Source of the DNA: Ranitomeya imitator
Lineage: Eukaryota
Direction: 5' to 3'
Assembly (NCBI RefSeq): GCF_032444005.1
Contig: NC_091287.1
Coordinates: 55,180,001 to 55,244,000 of the forward strand
DNA length: 64,000 nt
The notes beneath the pieces were generated by a model. The model did no database searches. It worked only from the letters and a program-made list of their open reading frames with translations, and was not told the DNA's origin. Shown here piece by piece: positions 61,535 to 64,000 of the stretch (position 1 is its first letter; each line of letters opens with the position of its first letter). The position numbers were made by a program, and so were the translations under genes.

Positions 61535-62689
61535 TCAATTCTTGGGTTTGATGTAGGTGTCCCTGATCGATCCAATGAAGTCCATTCCTTCTTTGGGTGA
61601 GAAGATTGGAATGGTCCGCCCTCTAAAACTCACTAGTAATTTCAGTGGGAAACCCCACTTGTAGGGAATGTCTTTCTCTCTAAGGAGGGCGGTAACCTTG
61701 CCGAATTCCCTGCGGCCCTCTAATGTTTCCTTAGATAGGTCTGGGAAAACCTTCAGGTCCTTGTAGGGTTCTGGGAAAAATTTGTTAGCTCTCAAGTAGT
61801 TGATGATCCTTTTCTTCGTTTGGAAGAAATGGACCCTTAGGATAGTGTCTCTTGGGATATCAGAGGCTATTTTGGGGGGTCGAGGAAGTCTGTGAGCCCT
61901 GTCAATTGTGAGATCAGAGGGGGACAGTTCTGGGATTGCCGTTTTAAAAATCTCCTGAATATGTTGTGTGAGATCTTCTTGCTTAATTGCTTCCGGGATC
62001 CCTCTAATTTTTATATTGTTTCGGCGCCCTCTGTCTTCTATGTCCGCCATTTTGATTTTCAGTTTTTGGATTTCCGCGGAAAGGTAATCTATGTCTGTAT
62101 ATGATTCTGCAGCTCCTTTTTCAATTTTTTGTATTCTCGTTTCGTGGTCATCTATTTTATTTTTGATTAGGTTGCAAAATTTGTCAAATTTGTCATCCAT
62201 TTCCTGATTATATTTTTGGAATTTTACATCAAGCACCCTATCCATTTCTTTCCAGAAGTCTGCTCGATTATCATAGGTTGGGGGATATATGTCCCGCTGG
62301 GCTCTTTGTGGGCTGTCCCTTCTGAGTCTTTGTTTTTCGGGACTAAGATTAGGGCTTTGATCATTATATGATTCCTCAGATTCACTGAGGTCTCTCACGT
62401 CTTCATATTTTTGGCTTGAAGCCCCTGGCATATTTCTTTTTGAAGAAAGGGAGGAGTCCATTTTTTCCATCTGATGTGGATTTCCGTCCGTTTTTGTTTT
62501 TCTTCTGACTACCGGTTGCTGATTTATGTCCCTCGGAGGAGACCTGGATCTGGCTCTCATGGGGCTGGTGAGGTTTACCTGGTCTCTTTGAGGATTACGG
62601 CTGCTAAATGTTTTGTTTTGTTTAACGACGTTTTGCGATTTCGGTGATTGTGGGGTTTGTGAGAGCCCTTTAAGTCTAGAGGAGCTCAT
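61535..62689 (-). CDS. L1 ORF1 RNA-binding protein, 384 aa, intact
   Basis: Coiled coil then RRNNIKIRGIPE, IDRAHRL, PRDTILR, YKWGFPLKL; S/P/R-rich N-terminal extension. Confidence 0.92.
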   Translation of the reverse strand: MSSSRLKGLSQTPQSPKSQNVVKQNKTFSSRNPQRDQVNLTSPMRARSRSPPRDINQQPVVRRKTKTDGNPHQMEKMDSSLSSKRNMPGASSQKYEDVRDLSESEESYNDQSPNLSPEKQRLRRDSPQRAQRDIYPPTYDNRADFWKEMDRVLDVKFQKYNQEMDDKFDKFCNLIKNKIDDHETRIQKIEKGAAESYTDIDYLSAEIQKLKIKMADIEDRGRRNNIKIRGIPEAIKQEDLTQHIQEIFKTAIPELSPSDLTIDRAHRLPRPPKIASDIPRDTILRVHFFQTKKRIINYLRANKFFPEPYKDLKVFPDLSKETLEGRREFGKVTALLREKDIPYKWGFPLKLLVSFRGRTIPIFSPKEGMDFIGSIRDTYIKPKN

Positions 62690-63714
62690 AGTGGTTGGAT
62701 GTTCAGACTGAGTTAATAGGGAAATAGTAGGGTAGTACCGGGGGGACCCGGTGTGGGAGCCTCCGCTTTAGAATGTCCTTTTAGCGGAAATAGTGTGGCT
62801 CAGCGAACCTTTTGTTGGTCTGTGTGGGACAGGTAGAGGCCACTGGTGGATCCGTGTGATTATATTAATAAGTCTCTCAGCGCGTTATGTTTAGTATGCT
62901 GGAGCGACGGAATGTAACGCTAGAGCTTTGTGGATAGGTCAGTAGAGCTTAATGTGACGGTATTTAACGGTATTTCAGACAGAGTGTCACAGGTTTCAAG
63001 TGTTTTAGTACGTTACTATATATTAGGGTGCTTTCAATCTGAGTCAATGTTTATAAATAAGTCTCTTTCTTGTTTATTATTGCACTTGCTCCTATGAGTA
63101 AGGATTAGGTCTTTCCGTGCGCTATGATAGGGACGCTGTGGCGGTAAAGAATGGTGCTAGGACGTCATAGGTATGACTGAGGCGCGCAGGAGTAGCTGGG
63201 AATGTTACGCCAGAGCGTAGTGAATGAGTCCTTCTATGCGCTATAATTGTGACGCTGTAGCGGTAGGGTATTGGCGTTGGTGCGTCCAGAATAGGTCTAA
63301 GGGGGACAAGAGCGCTGGAGCGCTGTGAATGTGGTCGTGGGGCGCAAATAGCGTAGCGGTTGCTACGGCTACTGTACTGGTGGGAGCGCTGCTATTAAAA
63401 GGCTGCTGCCTGTGCAGTTCTGCAGCTGCTTTCTTATGTGAGGAGAGTGGCCGGGAGCTGGGAACAGGAGGAGGAGGATCTCTTACCTCCTATACGGATG
63501 TCTCTGGACGTGTCTGTGACTGTGCTTCTCTTCTTAGTGCTGAGAGAAGCTCCTTATACAGATCCTGCGCTGCCGCTGTGTTACGGTGTCCGGGGGTTCT
63601 GGTGAAGCAGGGAACCGGATGAAGCTCCTGCTCCTGTCAGGGTCTTAAGGAGATTTCCCCGTCAGGTCTGTTGGCAGTAGTTCTGCTGCTTGCTACTGCT
63701 GCGGTCCCTTCCTT

Positions 63715-64000
63715 GTGCCCAGTCTTGCTGTGCGCTGTGGGCTTAGACACCCGCTCCGTGGCCGGGTGCTGTGGAGGATGCAGGGGGGGGCGGCGCTTCT
63801 GCGGCTACTCAGCGGCGGCTCTGCTGTGGTTGCCGCGATCCCGCCGTGCCCCGCTGTAGCAGAGCCGGTTACCGGGGCTGCGCCGCTGCCTCTCCTTACT
63901 CGGCCTGTAGTTTGTTGATCCCTCCGCCGCTGCTTCACTGTGCCCGGTCTTGATGTGGGCTGCGGGCTTAGACCCCTGCTCCTTAGCCGGGCGCCGTGAA
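63715..64000 (-). repeat. ~225-bp period repeat in the GC-rich L1 5' region
   Basis: gtgcccagtcttgctgtgcgctgtgggcttagac (63715-) recurs as gtgcccggtcttgatgtgggctgcgggcttagac (63940-). Confidence 0.6.

Larger units (their letters stand above)
57037..64000 (-). mobile_element. LINE-1 clade retrotransposon, near full length, 5' end outside the window
   Basis: ORF1, 313-bp spacer, ORF2, 3' UTR with AATAAA and short A-tail merged with the T-run target tgacttttt. Confidence 0.95.

Overview
Vertebrate, repeat-saturated genomic DNA. The repeat families and TTAGGG arrays suggest a frog (inference). I could not identify any host gene; almost everything is nested mobile DNA. Main components: (1) a 3.3-kb almost perfectly palindromic Penelope-like element (PLE, 5263-8561, 16-bp TSD) carrying one minimal type I hammerhead ribozyme in each 1.55-kb arm, nested in a hAT MITE inside a pogo/Tigger-type MITE; (2) a second, 5'-truncated PLE (18544-20640, 13-bp TSD) with a GIY-YIG endonuclease ORF and its own hammerhead, inserted in a solo LTR; (3) a full-length sushi-like Ty3/Gypsy chromovirus (34067-39789) with one gag frameshift and a non-tRNA PBS complementary to its own predicted transcript 5' end (self-priming signature); (4) several large TTAA-flanked piggyBac-like non-autonomous elements carrying TTAGGG arrays and ~388-bp tandem repeats, nested in each other; (5) a 1.9-kb CpG-rich foldback hAT element built of 112-bp hairpin units; (6) a near-intact LINE-1 on the minus strand (57037 to beyond the window end) with a single in-frame stop in ORF2; plus L2/CR1 3' fragments, solo LTRs, small MITEs, mini/microsatellites and one 180-N gap. 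All calls were made by eye with no database search; boundaries without a TSD are approximate.
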